A stretch of DNA of 64,000 bases from an uncultured virus (IMG/VR IMGVR_UViG_3300029305_002833) (lineage: Duplodnaviria; Heunggongvirae; Uroviricota; Caudoviricetes), in the IMG/VR virus record IMGVR_UViG_3300029305_002833. One strand, written 5' to 3'. The stretch's first letter is position 1. Every line of letters begins with the position of its first letter. The notes beneath the pieces were generated by a model. It was not told the origin of the DNA and did not search any database. It saw only the letters and a program-made list of their open reading frames with translations. The translations under genes and the position numbers were made by a program. Of this stretch, positions 29,080 through 40,319 are shown piece after piece.

Positions 29080-29619
29080 ATGGAACAATGGAGAGACATT
29101 CCCGGCTATGAGGGCATCTATGAGGCGTCAACAGATGGGAGAATCAGGTCGGCAGATGGCAAGATCACATCCAATTCCCGGTACAGTGTGAGACACTGGA
29201 AACAGCGAATCATCAAGCAGAAGCATCAGGCGAGATCAACAGGGAAAACAGACGCAAGGGTTTGTCTTTGGAAGGACGGGAAGGAAAAGACGCACTTGGT
29301 GTCAAGGCTGATTGCCATGTCGTGGTGCGAAGGATATGAGGACGGGATGACTGTGAATCACATTGACGGTAATCCTGAAAACAATCGAGCCGATAATCTT
29401 GAATGGATTACGCTGAAAGAGAACATTCAAAAGGGATTTGAAGATGGATTGTATACAGGGATGAAGCCGTGTGTCCTGATTGCTGAAGATGGTAGCGAGA
29501 TCAAGTTTCCATCGCTGTCTGCTGCAAGCAGATATTTGGGTAGAAGCAAAGGATATGCCAGTGAAGCAGTGAAGGATGGCAGAAGGTTCATACACGGTAG
29601 CGTTTTGAGAAGATCGTGA
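29080..29619 (+). CDS. NUMOD4-HNH endonuclease
   Basis: EQWRDIPGYEGIYEAS and VNHIDGNPENNRADNLEW. Confidence 0.9.
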   Translation: MEQWRDIPGYEGIYEASTDGRIRSADGKITSNSRYSVRHWKQRIIKQKHQARSTGKTDARVCLWKDGKEKTHLVSRLIAMSWCEGYEDGMTVNHIDGNPENNRADNLEWITLKENIQKGFEDGLYTGMKPCVLIAEDGSEIKFPSLSAASRYLGRSKGYASEAVKDGRRFIHGSVLRRS

Positions 29620-29779
29620 CCGTTCTGATGGGGGATAGGCGCGAGGCGGGGCGTGGGGGGAGGTGCCCTATCGACCCGGCCAGAGGCCGGGCCACTTCCC
29701 CACTGCGGTGGGGAAGCTTTTGGAAATGCGGAAGCGGGTAACTTCATTCCTCATTCCTCATTTTTCCGAAGGGAGGTGA

Positions 29780-31204
29780 TTGCTGGTGGCGGAGAGCGCT
29801 GAACTGGGGTACGTCGAGGGGCAGTTGCAGGCGGCGGCGGAGGGGAAGCGGTTTGCTTCGATGCCCGCCGAGGAAAATGTGCTGCTGCTGACGCTGACCA
29901 AGGCGGCGAAGGTTCAGGAAGAGGTGCTGGCGGAGCTGAAGCCCGGGGACTTTGCGGACCTGGACCACCGGCGGCTGTTTGAAGCGATGGTCGAGGTCGC
30001 GGAGAACGGCGGGAAGATCGACATGATCAGCGTGGACGCGGCGTTTACCCGGATGTTTCCGGACGCGGCGGACAACCTGCGGCTGAAGATGATCGCGCTG
30101 ACCCAGTTCGACGGCTACAAGACCGGCAAGCATGAGGCCATCGGCGATCACATCCGCATCCTGAAGGCGCTGTCGAAGCGGCGGGCCGCCATACAGGCGG
30201 CGGAGGCGCTGGCGAAGGGGCTGCGGGACCCCACGAGCGACGTGGGGGACGTGCTGGATAGGGTGCGGGACCTCGCGGACGGGATCGAGACCGGGGGGAA
30301 GCTGAAGTGGGTGCCGCTGGACGAGGTGAACATCGACACCTACGACTACCTGGACAAGCGCACGCGGGGCGAGATCAAGGCGCTGCCCACGGGCATCAAA
30401 TCGGTGGACGGGATCATCGGCGGGCTGTTCGGCGGGGAGATGACGGTGGTGGCGGCGCGGCCCAGCGTCGGCAAGACGGCATTCGGGCTGAACATCGCCA
30501 TGAACGCGGCGAAGGAGGGGTTCCGGGTCGGGTTCGTATCCTGCGAGATGGGCAAGGAAGGACTGGGCCAGAGGACGCTTTCGCGGGGCGCGTGGGTCAG
30601 CGGCGAGCGGCTGAGGAAGGCGGAGATCATGCCGGAGGACTGGGAGCTGCTGCAAAACGCGATGGCCGAGATGCAGGGCATGCCCTTTGAGTTCATATTC
30701 AACGACCCGGCCAATCCGGAGCCGATCACCGTGGAGGGCGTGTTCGATACCGTCAGGGATCGGGCGCGGCATGGGGGCATCGACCTGCTGGTGGTGGACT
30801 ACATCGGCATCATGGGTACCAAGCGGGAGTTTAAGGAAAACTGGCTGAAGGTTTCCTACATATCGAGGGAATTGAAGCGGCTGGCCATGGCGGTGAACAT
30901 ACCTGTGGTGGCGCTGTGCCAGGTGAACCGTGCGGCCCAGGGGCGCATGCCCACGATGGCGGAGCTGGCCCAGGGCGGGGCGGTGGAGGCGGACGCGGAC
31001 GGGATCATATTCCTGCACCGGCCGGAGAGCCATGAGGATAAGAGCATCAACCCGAAGGATGTTGCAGGGTTCTACGCCATGCAGGAGGGCGGGAGCGTGT
31101 ATATCAGCATCTGCGTGGCGAAGCAGAGAAACGGGAGCATCGGGACGGTGAACGTGATGTTTGACCCGTCGGTGATGCGGTATAACGAAATTATGCGCGA
31201 ATAG
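29780..31204 (+). CDS. dnaB: Replicative DnaB-like helicase
   Basis: AARPSVGKT, VVDY, QVNR, EADAD and KQRNG motifs. Confidence 0.93.
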   Translation: MLVAESAELGYVEGQLQAAAEGKRFASMPAEENVLLLTLTKAAKVQEEVLAELKPGDFADLDHRRLFEAMVEVAENGGKIDMISVDAAFTRMFPDAADNLRLKMIALTQFDGYKTGKHEAIGDHIRILKALSKRRAAIQAAEALAKGLRDPTSDVGDVLDRVRDLADGIETGGKLKWVPLDEVNIDTYDYLDKRTRGEIKALPTGIKSVDGIIGGLFGGEMTVVAARPSVGKTAFGLNIAMNAAKEGFRVGFVSCEMGKEGLGQRTLSRGAWVSGERLRKAEIMPEDWELLQNAMAEMQGMPFEFIFNDPANPEPITVEGVFDTVRDRARHGGIDLLVVDYIGIMGTKREFKENWLKVSYISRELKRLAMAVNIPVVALCQVNRAAQGRMPTMAELAQGGAVEADADGIIFLHRPESHEDKSINPKDVAGFYAMQEGGSVYISICVAKQRNGSIGTVNVMFDPSVMRYNEIMRE

Positions 31205-31582
31205 GCGATAGGGAATGCCGGGAGGACGGACATGGACGTTGAGCGGGAGTTACAGTATCGGGTTCCCAGGAAGGTGGAGCATAAGGCGACGCTGCGGGAG
31301 TGTTGCACCTGCCCGAGCTGCGGGAATGTGGTGGACAGGACGGAGAAGTGGGGCGACAGGAAGGTGCGCATCATGTGTAAGTATTGCGTGTATTGCGGGC
31401 AGGCGCTGGACTGGTCGAATGAAGAAAAGCAGATGGTCGGGTTCAGGGCAGAGGCGCGAAGCGGGACGTGAGGGGAGGACCTCATCCGTCAGCCGCGAAG
31501 CGGCTGCCACCTTCCCCGAAGCGAAGCAAGTCCTTTAGGGCAACGGGGGAAGGCTTTTGGAATAATGTGAGAGGAATAGGGT

Positions 31583-34500
31583 ATGACTTACGAGGAGTTT
31601 TTGAAGGGGAAAATCGACATTGCCGAGGAGACCGGCATTGTGGTGGAGCCAGAGGCGGTGAATCCGGCGCTGAAGCCCCACCAGCGGGACGCGGTGCTGT
31701 GGGGGCTGAAGGGCGGCAGGCGGGCGCTGTTTGAACGCTTTGGGCTTGGAAAGACGGGGCAGCAGTTGGAATGGGCGCGGCTGCTGCACGAGCGGACGGG
31801 CGTGCGGGTGCTGATCGTGTGCCCGCTGGGGGTGAAGCAGGAGTTTCAACTGGACGCCGTGCGCCTGCTGGGCTGGGAGGCTCCGCCGCCCTATGTGCGG
31901 ACGGACGCGGAGGCGGCGGCGACGGACGCGCCGATTGTGCTGACCAACTACGAGCGGGTGCGGGATGGAGACATCAACCCGAAGCAGTTCGGGGCGGTGA
32001 GTCTGGACGAAGCGAGCTGTTTGCGGAGCTACGGCTCAAAGACCTATCAGCAGTTTTTGACCATTCTCAAAGGGATTCCCTACAAACTGGTCTGCACGGC
32101 CACGCCTTCGCCGAACCGGTACAAGGAGCTGATTCACTATTCCGGGTATCTGGAGATCATGGATACGGGTTCCTGCCTGACGAAGTGGTTTCAGCGGGAT
32201 TCCACCAAGGCGAACAAGCTGACGCTGTATCCGCACCGGGAAAAGGACTTCTGGCTGTGGATGTCGTCCTGGGCGCTGTTCATCGAGAAGCCCTCCGATC
32301 TGGGGTATGACGATACGGGGTATGACCTTCCCGAGATGGAGATTCGCTGGCACCGGCTGGCGGTGGATAACACCACAGCAGGGGCGGACAAGCACGGGCA
32401 GATGAAGCTGATCCGGGACGCGGCTTTCAGCTTGCAGGACGCGGCGAAGGAGAAGCGGGATTCCATCGACGACCGGGTTGCCAAAATGGCCAGCATCGTC
32501 GAAAGCGACCCGGAGGCGCACTTCATACTCTGGCACGACCTGGAGGCCGAGCGGCACGCCATCAAGAAGGCGATTCCGGAAGCGGTGGAGGTGTACGGTT
32601 CGCAGGAGTACGACGTGCGGGAGCAGCGGGTGATCGACTTCTCGGACGGGAAGATTCGGCTGCTGGCGACGAAGAAGAGCATTTCCGGACAGGGCTGCAA
32701 CTTCCAGAGGTACTGTCACAGGGCGATCTTCCTGGGCATCGACTATGAGTTCAACGACTTCATACAGGCGATTCACAGGATATATCGGTTCCTGCAAACG
32801 GAGAAGGTGATTATCGACATCATTTACACCGAGAGCGAGGAAGAGATCAAAAAGGCGCTGATGGAGAAGTGGCAGCGGCACGACGAGATGATGAGAAAGA
32901 TGACCGAGATCGTTCGGAAGTATGGGCTTGTGAACGTGAAGCGGTTTGACGAATTGAGAAATACGATGGGAGTGAAGCGGGTGGAGGTCAACGGGAAGCA
33001 CTACCGGGCCATCAACAACGACTGTGTGGACGAGTTGGCGCGGATGGACGAGAACAGCGTGGATGAGATCGTGACGAGCATCCCCTTCGGAAACCACTAC
33101 CAGTACAGCAACAATTACAACGACTTCGGCATGAACCAGGACGACGAGGACTTCTTCAGGCAGATGGATTTCCTGACGCCGAACCTGCTGAGGGTATTGA
33201 AGCCGGGGCGGGTGTACGCCTGCCACGTGAAGGACCGGGTGTTGTTCGGCAACGCCACCGGGACCGGAATGCCGACGATGGAGCCGTTTCACGCACTGAC
33301 GATCCAGCACACGATGAAGCACGGCTTCCAGTATTTCGGCATGATTACCGTGGTCACGGACGTGGTGCGGGAGAACAACCAGACCTACCGGCTGGGGTGG
33401 AGCGAGCAGTGCAAGGACGGCAGCAAGATGGGCGTTGGGTGCCCGGAATACATCTTGCTTTTCCGCAAATTGCCTACGGACACCAGCAAAGCCTATGCCG
33501 ACGAGCCGGTGGTCAAGACCAAGGAGGAGTACACCCGGGCGCAGTGGCAGATCGACGCCCACGCCTATTGGAGGAGCAGCGGCGACCGGCTGGTGACGAA
33601 GGAGGAGCTGTATTCCATACCGACCAGTCAGATGCAGAAAGTGTATCGCAGGTTCAGCCGGGGAAGCGTGTATTCCTACGAAGATCACGTGGCGCTGGCG
33701 AAGCAGATGGACAAGGAGGGGCGGCTGCCCGCCACGTTCATGGTGGTGGCGCCGGGGAGCTGGACCACGGACGTGTGGGACGACGTGAACCGGATGAAGA
33801 CCTTCAACACGTCGCAGAAGCTGAAGAAGCGGATGCTGCACGTGTGTCTGGCGGAAGGGACGCTGGTGCTGACCCGGAACGGCTACAAGCCCATCGAGAC
33901 GGTGGAGATCGGCGACGTGGTGCTGACGCACACGGGCAACTGGAAGCCGGTGATTGCCAGGGCATACACGGGCATGAAGGACACGGTGATGACCAGGGCC
34001 ACGGGCGTGCCGAACCTGATTACCACGCCGGATCACAAGCTCTGGACGCGCTCTGTGGCGGGGTATCCGTCGAGGCCAAAGGACGGCATGCGCAAGGCAC
34101 AGCCGGATTGGATGGAAGCCAAGGATACCGTTGGGCATTTTGTCAACCTGAAGCTGCCGGAGATCGAGGCGACGGATTTGACCCTGGGCGAATGGTGGCT
34201 GGTCGGACGATACCTGGCGGACGGCCATGTGGGAACGCGGGGCGACTTCTTCATCTCCGTGGGGAAGGAAAAGCGCGGGGCGTTTGAAGAGATGGCCGGT
34301 CTGGACTACATCGGGACCTTTGCGGATCGCGGAAGCTGCCTGCAATATCGCCTGAAGGGGCTGCCGGAGCGCGTGAAGCGGATGCTGGAGAAGTGCGGCA
34401 GGGGTGCGGCAAACAAGCAGGTGCCCATCAAGGGCATTTGTCTGGACGCGGACCATGCGGAAGCGCTGCTCTCGGGTTATCTGTCCGGCGACGGCTGCAA

Positions 34501-35107
34501 GGCGGGCAACGCGACGATGGCGACATCGGTATCAAGGGCGCTGCTGCTGGGCATGGCCATGGTGGCGCAGAGGGCGCGGGGCGTCGTGGCTTCTGTGTTT
34601 GCCGGGAAGGCGGCCGGGAAGCGGATGATTGAGGGCCGCGAGGTGGATTGCAAGCAGGAGTGGGTGATGAGCTGGCGGGAATCCGGTCATCACAGCGAGA
34701 GTGAGATTCTGGCGGACGGTGCGTGGAAGAAGGTCAAGGTTAGCGTGCCGATGGGCCTGCGGCGCGTGTACAGCATCCAGGTGGCGGACGACGCGAGTTT
34801 CACCGCAGAGGGCTGCATCGTGAAGAATTGCCCGTTGCAAATCGACATCGTGGACCGGCTCATCAACCGGTATTCCAATCCGGGGGACGTGGTGCTGGAC
34901 CCGTTCGGGGGAATTATGACGGTGCCGACGCGGGCCGTGGCGCTGGGGCGGTTTGGCGTCGGGGTCGAGCTGAACAGCGATTACTTCCGGGACGGGCTGG
35001 GGTATTTGCAGCAGGCGGACGATCAGGCCGGTGCGCCGACGCTGTTTGACTTCATCGGGGAGAACGACGGAGATGAAGTGGACGGGGAGCAGATGAGGAT
35101 TTCGTAA
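31583..35107 (+). CDS. SNF2-like helicase fused to an amino-DNA methyltransferase; contains an intein
   Basis: GLGKT, DEAS, TATP and QAIHR helicase motifs; TSIPF and VLDPFGG MTase motifs. Confidence 0.9.
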   Translation: MTYEEFLKGKIDIAEETGIVVEPEAVNPALKPHQRDAVLWGLKGGRRALFERFGLGKTGQQLEWARLLHERTGVRVLIVCPLGVKQEFQLDAVRLLGWEAPPPYVRTDAEAAATDAPIVLTNYERVRDGDINPKQFGAVSLDEASCLRSYGSKTYQQFLTILKGIPYKLVCTATPSPNRYKELIHYSGYLEIMDTGSCLTKWFQRDSTKANKLTLYPHREKDFWLWMSSWALFIEKPSDLGYDDTGYDLPEMEIRWHRLAVDNTTAGADKHGQMKLIRDAAFSLQDAAKEKRDSIDDRVAKMASIVESDPEAHFILWHDLEAERHAIKKAIPEAVEVYGSQEYDVREQRVIDFSDGKIRLLATKKSISGQGCNFQRYCHRAIFLGIDYEFNDFIQAIHRIYRFLQTEKVIIDIIYTESEEEIKKALMEKWQRHDEMMRKMTEIVRKYGLVNVKRFDELRNTMGVKRVEVNGKHYRAINNDCVDELARMDENSVDEIVTSIPFGNHYQYSNNYNDFGMNQDDEDFFRQMDFLTPNLLRVLKPGRVYACHVKDRVLFGNATGTGMPTMEPFHALTIQHTMKHGFQYFGMITVVTDVVRENNQTYRLGWSEQCKDGSKMGVGCPEYILLFRKLPTDTSKAYADEPVVKTKEEYTRAQWQIDAHAYWRSSGDRLVTKEELYSIPTSQMQKVYRRFSRGSVYSYEDHVALAKQMDKEGRLPATFMVVAPGSWTTDVWDDVNRMKTFNTSQKLKKRMLHVCLAEGTLVLTRNGYKPIETVEIGDVVLTHTGNWKPVIARAYTGMKDTVMTRATGVPNLITTPDHKLWTRSVAGYPSRPKDGMRKAQPDWMEAKDTVGHFVNLKLPEIEATDLTLGEWWLVGRYLADGHVGTRGDFFISVGKEKRGAFEEMAGLDYIGTFADRGSCLQYRLKGLPERVKRMLEKCGRGAANKQVPIKGICLDADHAEALLSGYLSGDGCKAGNATMATSVSRALLLGMAMVAQRARGVVASVFAGKAAGKRMIEGREVDCKQEWVMSWRESGHHSESEILADGAWKKVKVSVPMGLRRVYSIQVADDASFTAEGCIVKNCPLQIDIVDRLINRYSNPGDVVLDPFGGIMTVPTRAVALGRFGVGVELNSDYFRDGLGYLQQADDQAGAPTLFDFIGENDGDEVDGEQMRIS
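33845..34828 (+). mobile_element. Intein with LAGLIDADG homing endonuclease (328 aa)
   Basis: Starts CLAEGT, block B TPDH, GRYLADG and GYLSGDG motifs, ends VKN followed by Cys+1; removal restores HV-CPLQ. Confidence 0.92.
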
Positions 35108-35728
35108 AAAGAGGGAACAGGGAACAGGGAACAGGAATGGCGGAGGTGCGACATGAAGGACTTTGAGACGGGCATGGAGCGGATGAAGCGGACGATTGTG
35201 GAACTGGGGTATGCGGCGCAGGAGGCGGGGCTTGGCGTCGGGTGCCTGAGCGCCGCAGAGGTTGAGCGGATGAAGAACTGCGTGAACTGTGATCACAGAG
35301 AGGTGTGCGTGGTGGTGCATGACCGGAAGCGGCGGCAGGCCGGGGATTACAGCCCGTGCAGCAAGTGGAAGCTGGTGGAGAAGTGAGGAATGGGGACGGG
35401 GGACCTCATACAGCGAGGGGAAAGTACCCCACGGCTCAAGGACCTCATCCGTCTTTCCGGGAACAATGCAAGCATTTTCCCGGAAATCCACCTTCCCCAG
35501 AGGGGAAGGCTTTGGGGAGAGAGATCGACGACAAGAGGGAGACCATTCTTACGGCCTTTGAGGCGGCGGAGATCATTCGGGTGGCCTTTGGGAAGGAGGG
35601 CTGGCGGTGGAAGGTCCGAAGATCGTTCACCGCGGCCCAGGTCGTAGCGGCGCTGTGGGTGGCGCAGCGTGAGAGCGGGAAGGAAAAACTTGGCGAGTTG
35701 ATTCGCTGGGCCGGGAGGATGTTATAGC

Positions 35729-36199
35729 ATGATCTATGTGGGGGTTGATCCGGGGAAGAAGGGCGGATATGCGATCATCAGAATCGTGCCCGAGCGCGAG
35801 GATGATGTGCGGGTGTACGCCTGGGACGACAGGCTGTTCATCGAGGAGATGCGCGGTGTGGCGGCGTTGGCGCAGGAATTCCCTGAGAAGTGCGTCGCCT
35901 GCGTGGAGAAGGTCGGGGCGCATCCGGGGCAGGGCGTGACGAGCATGTTCACATTCGGGCAGGGGTTTGGCTACATACTGGGCGTGCTGGCGGCACTGGG
36001 GATCGGGGTGCAGCTGGTGCCGCCGGGGACGTGGAAGAAGGAATTTTCGCTGATCGGAAAGGACAAAGCGGCGTCCATCGAGGTCTGCAAGCGGCTGTTT
36101 CCGGGGGTGGATTTGCGGCCCACGGAGAAGTGCAAGAAGGATTCGGACGGGATGGCGGAGGCGCTGCTGATGGCGGAGTATGCCAGGCGGAAGTTTTGA
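35729..36199 (+). CDS. RuvC-like Holliday junction resolvase
   Basis: GVDPG, VEKV, FTFG, P..WK and DG.AEA motifs. Confidence 0.85.
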   Translation: MIYVGVDPGKKGGYAIIRIVPEREDDVRVYAWDDRLFIEEMRGVAALAQEFPEKCVACVEKVGAHPGQGVTSMFTFGQGFGYILGVLAALGIGVQLVPPGTWKKEFSLIGKDKAASIEVCKRLFPGVDLRPTEKCKKDSDGMAEALLMAEYARRKF

Positions 36200-36554
36200 C
36201 ACGGTGCAGGCGGAGCGGTGGCGACTGATAGTCGCCGCTACGGAGGCGACGGACATGAAGGACAGCCCATGCAACGGGTGCGGGCGGCGGTCGGTGGCGC
36301 CGAATTGCCACGGGCCGCAATGCAAGGATTATTCGGATTGGTTGGCTGAGGTACACGCAGAGCGGGACGCGCTTCGGGACTGGACGGAGGCCGACGATCT
36401 GAACAAGGAACGGCTGGCGAAGAACTGCCGGAGAAGCGGGGCCAGGCGGCAGGTTGGACAGCGGTGAGACAAGGTTTTAGGTTTTAGGGGTTAGGTTTTA
36501 GGGATTGGCCGGTTTCGACGATTCCATTGACCACCATAGACATGGAGGAATTAC

Positions 36555-36953
36555 ATGCAACTGTTGGGATTGAAGGATCAGCGGGATATTGTGGCGGTCA
36601 TCGACTATCTGGTGGAGATTCATCAGAAGAGCGATACCGTTGAGGACGTGATGGAGAAGTTCGCCCTGACGCCGGAGGAATACCGGATGTGCTGCAATTT
36701 GGCCATGCCGGCGCTGCGGCAGGGAAACGTGAAGGGCAGGTTCACGGCGGTGCGCCGGATGAACAGGGCCATGAAGCGGGACATCAAGGCGCTGTATAAG
36801 GAAGTGCAGCAGGACCGGGAAAAGGCCGCGGCGGGCGTGGAGATGCTGTTTGAGACGTACTGCACGCATACGTGCGGGGCGGTGTACGGCAAGCGCGACG
36901 ACGATGGCGGCGCAGGCGCCGCCGCTACAAGGGGCGGCGGTGAGGGCGTATGA
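36555..36953 (+). CDS. Hypothetical protein
   Basis: GGAGG RBS; intact ORF. Confidence 0.55.
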   Translation: MQLLGLKDQRDIVAVIDYLVEIHQKSDTVEDVMEKFALTPEEYRMCCNLAMPALRQGNVKGRFTAVRRMNRAMKRDIKALYKEVQQDREKAAAGVEMLFETYCTHTCGAVYGKRDDDGGAGAAATRGGGEGV

Positions 36954-37293
36954 ACGGGATCATTACCGGGGAGATGACGCTGAACGCGGCGATTTATCAG
37001 CAAGAGGTTTGCGACGTGTGCCTGAATTGCCCGCATGTGAAGTGCATCAACACCATTTATGGGTGTGAGGCGTTTCGGGCGGCGCTGAAGGCGAACAGCA
37101 GGAAATACGACAGAGGAGATGGGAAGCGTGCGGCAAATCGCGGTGGGAAAGACCCGGCTGGTGTGGGACAGCGCTTTCAGGGAACTGAAGTGCGAAAAGT
37201 GCCAGGCGATACTGTACTTCAATTTTGATTTCAAGCGGTGCCCATATTGCAAGAGGAAGATCGTCGAGGTGGAACAAAGGAGGATTTGACGGC

Positions 37294-38409
37294 ATGAAAT
37301 TTGTTTGCAGCGGGATGGAACTTTCTGAGGGGCTGCGGCGGGTCGGCGGGGCCTTGCCGAACCGGACGGTGAACCAGGTTCTGGAGGGCGTGAAGATCGA
37401 GGCGCTGGAGAGCGGCGTGCGGCTGACGGCCTCGGACGAGCGAACCACCATCGTAACCACGGTGCCGGCGACGGTTGAGGAGGGCGGTGCGGGGGTGGCC
37501 CCTGGCAAACTGCTGACCGAGGTGGTGCGCGGGCTGGTGAACGGGGACGTGACCGTGGCGATGAACGCGCGGTTCGCCTTCACGGTACGGGGCGGCGGGA
37601 GCCGGACGAACCTGGCGGGGCAGGACGCGGATTTGTTTCCGGCGCTGCCGGAGGTGACCGGGGAGCACGAGGTGAGGATGCCCAGGGGGATGCTGCGGCG
37701 GATGATCGACAAGACGGCGTTCTGCGTGGCGGTGGAGGACACCCGGGAGGTGTTGACCGGCGCGGCGCTGCAATTCAAAAAGGGTCAGGCGTTCATGGTG
37801 GGCCTGGACGGCTTCCGGATGTCGGTGTGCGAGGGCGTGACCAACGTCGAGGAGGATTTTGAGGCGGTGGTTCCCGGCAAGGCGCTGACGGACCTGGGGA
37901 AGCTGCTTTCAGAAGGCGGCGAGGATGAGATCATCGCGGTGGACATCGGCGGCGGGAAGCTGCGGGCCACGGTGGACGGGACGGACTTCTACGCCACGCT
38001 GATCAAGGGCGAGTATATCAACTGGCAGGCAATTATGCCCAAGAGCGCCCAGACGCGGGTGACGCTGGAGACGGCGAAGCTGCGCAGGGCGGTGGACCGG
38101 GCGGCGCTGATCGCACGCCAGGGGCACAACAACCTGCTGGTGCTGCGGATTCACGGGGACGAGATGGCCGTGGAGGCGAAGAGCGAGGTCGGCGACGTAC
38201 ACGAGGCGGTGGACGTGGAGACCGAGGGCGTGGAGCTGGACATCGCGTTCAACGTGAAGTATCTGGCGGACATGCTGAAGAACGCGGACAGCGACCAGAT
38301 CGTGATGAACATGAACGGGGCCATCGCGCCGTGCACCGTGACGGCGGTCGGCGGCGGGGATGTGACGTATATGGTGCTGCCGGTCAGAACCGGGGCGACG
38401 GGAAAATGA
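37294..38409 (+). CDS. dnaN: DNA polymerase III beta sliding clamp
   Basis: 371 aa; R..LTG, DGFRM, IAFN.KYL and C-terminal LPVR motifs. Confidence 0.92.
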   Translation: MKFVCSGMELSEGLRRVGGALPNRTVNQVLEGVKIEALESGVRLTASDERTTIVTTVPATVEEGGAGVAPGKLLTEVVRGLVNGDVTVAMNARFAFTVRGGGSRTNLAGQDADLFPALPEVTGEHEVRMPRGMLRRMIDKTAFCVAVEDTREVLTGAALQFKKGQAFMVGLDGFRMSVCEGVTNVEEDFEAVVPGKALTDLGKLLSEGGEDEIIAVDIGGGKLRATVDGTDFYATLIKGEYINWQAIMPKSAQTRVTLETAKLRRAVDRAALIARQGHNNLLVLRIHGDEMAVEAKSEVGDVHEAVDVETEGVELDIAFNVKYLADMLKNADSDQIVMNMNGAIAPCTVTAVGGGDVTYMVLPVRTGATGK

Positions 38410-38980
38410 GGAACGACAGGGCGAATTACGCTTATTTTCTGCGCAACGGGAATTGCCCGCGGTGCAATGGGCTGCGGAAGGTGGAGCCGGGGAAGTGCAC
38501 ATGCGCGGTGTGTGCCGAGCAGGTGAGGGAGACTTCGCGGAAGCGAAGGGAGCGGTGGAAGGCCGAGGGGCGGTGCCATTCCTGCGGGCGGGAGTTGAAG
38601 GACGACGGGTTTGTGACCTGCGAGGTGTGCCGGAAGGTGCGCGGGCGCGGCGGTCGGAAGCGGCGAAGGCGAAGCGACTGGCCTGGAAGGTTGAGGGCAA
38701 GTGCCAGGAGTGCGGGAAGCGCTGGGCCGAGGCCGGAAAGACGATGTGCAAGCCGTGTTTGAAGGCGCTGAAGGACCGGGAAAAGCGCAACGACCCGGAT
38801 CACGCGAAGAAGTACGCCAGGCGGCAGGCGCGGGTGGACAAGGGGCTCTGCATCGACTGCGGAAGGAAGGTGGAGCCCGGGAAGAAGCGGTGCGATCGGT
38901 GCCGGAAGATGCGCAGGGAGAGCGAGGAGAAGTATCGGTTGAAGAAGAAACTGGCTGCCCAAATGAGGAATGAGAAATGA
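38406..38980 (+). pseudogene. CxxC-repeat zinc-finger protein with an apparent frameshift near 38640
   Basis: Four G.CxxC...CxxC repeats, two in each of two frames. Confidence 0.6.
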
Positions 38981-38990
38981 GGAATGAGGA

Positions 38991-39662
38991 ATGGGAAATG
39001 TGATAATCCTGCCGGGGACGACGCGGGAGCCGATCACCAAGATGGGCGAGATGGCCGGGGTGTGCTGGGGTGCGGACACGGCGGACACTTCCAGGAATTA
39101 CCGGCGAGGGCTGGATTGCATCGAGAGCGGGCACGGCCGGGTGATGGAGTTCGTGAACGTGGAGATGGTGCTGGACGGATACAGCGCCAGGGTGATGCGG
39201 GAATGGTATACGCACATCGGGTGCCTGCCGGCGCGGCTGCAATCTTCCACGCGGTATATCGACTACCATGAGTTTGAATATGTGATTCCTGCCAGCATTG
39301 CCAACAACCCGGATGCACTCGAAGATTACAACGATGTGATGCGGGACATTGGGCGAACGGCGGAACGGCTTGAAGGGTTTGGCATTCCCCGCGAGGACGC
39401 GGCCATGTTGCTACCGCTGGGGATGACCACGCGGGTGGTGGACAAGCGGAACCTACGCAATCTGGTGGACATGAGCCACACGCGGGAGTGCGTTCGGGCC
39501 TATTGGGAGTTCCGGGAGATGTTCGGGGATTTGAAGAAGGCGCTGGCGGATTATTCCGAGGAGTGGGAATGGATCGTGCGCACGCAGTTCAAGCCCAAGT
39601 GCGAGGTGCTGGGGTATTGCCCGGAGAAGCACGGGTGCGGGAGGAAAGCAAAGAATAGATAA
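38991..39662 (+). CDS. thyX: FAD-dependent thymidylate synthase
   Basis: GH..VME, QSSTRY, EDA..LLP, N.R and AYWE.R motifs. Confidence 0.85.
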   Translation: MGNVIILPGTTREPITKMGEMAGVCWGADTADTSRNYRRGLDCIESGHGRVMEFVNVEMVLDGYSARVMREWYTHIGCLPARLQSSTRYIDYHEFEYVIPASIANNPDALEDYNDVMRDIGRTAERLEGFGIPREDAAMLLPLGMTTRVVDKRNLRNLVDMSHTRECVRAYWEFREMFGDLKKALADYSEEWEWIVRTQFKPKCEVLGYCPEKHGCGRKAKNR

Positions 39663-39784
39663 GCGGACTGACGAGGCAGAGGCGCGAAGCGGGGTGTGAG
39701 GGGACCTCATCCGACCCCGGCGAAGCCGGGGCCACCTTCCCCAAAGGGGAAGGCTTTTGGAGAGAATACGGAGGAATTACGAGT

Positions 39785-40261
39785 ATGGGCAAGGTGAAAT
39801 TCAGGCAGAAGACGCGGGTATTGTCGGGGCGCGAGGCGCGGCGGTACGGGGAGCGGGAACGGGACCGTGCCGAGCGCATGGCGGATGTTGAGCGGTTCTG
39901 GCAGTTGCCGCCGGAGGTGCGGGCCCAGCGGATGGCCGACAACGCGGCGTTTCAGCGGATTCAGAAGAACGGCATAACGCTGGAGGACGTGAAGCGGGCG
40001 GAGGAAAATAGCTACGCCCAGGGCGTGCAGGCGGGGATCGAGAACACGATGAAGACCTGCTACGCGGCGATCTGCCTGGCGCTGAACGAGCTGCACGGGT
40101 TCGGGACCAAGCGGTGCAAGGACGTGCTGAACGCCGTGGACGAGAAGGTGGTCATGGCGCTGACCAGCGACGAGGCGGTGGACGAGGTGTACCGGCGGAT
40201 GGGGTTGGTGATCCGGTTTGATGCGGGGCCGCTGGAGGAGCGGATTGAGGAGAAGGAATAG
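39785..40261 (+). CDS. Hypothetical protein
   Basis: L.E.HGFG.KR motif; RBS GGAGG. Confidence 0.6.
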   Translation: MGKVKFRQKTRVLSGREARRYGERERDRAERMADVERFWQLPPEVRAQRMADNAAFQRIQKNGITLEDVKRAEENSYAQGVQAGIENTMKTCYAAICLALNELHGFGTKRCKDVLNAVDEKVVMALTSDEAVDEVYRRMGLVIRFDAGPLEERIEEKE

Positions 40262-40319
40262 GTTTTAGGTTTTAGGTTTTGGGTTTTAGGGAGAACGAGG
40301 AGAACGGAGGGATGTACGG

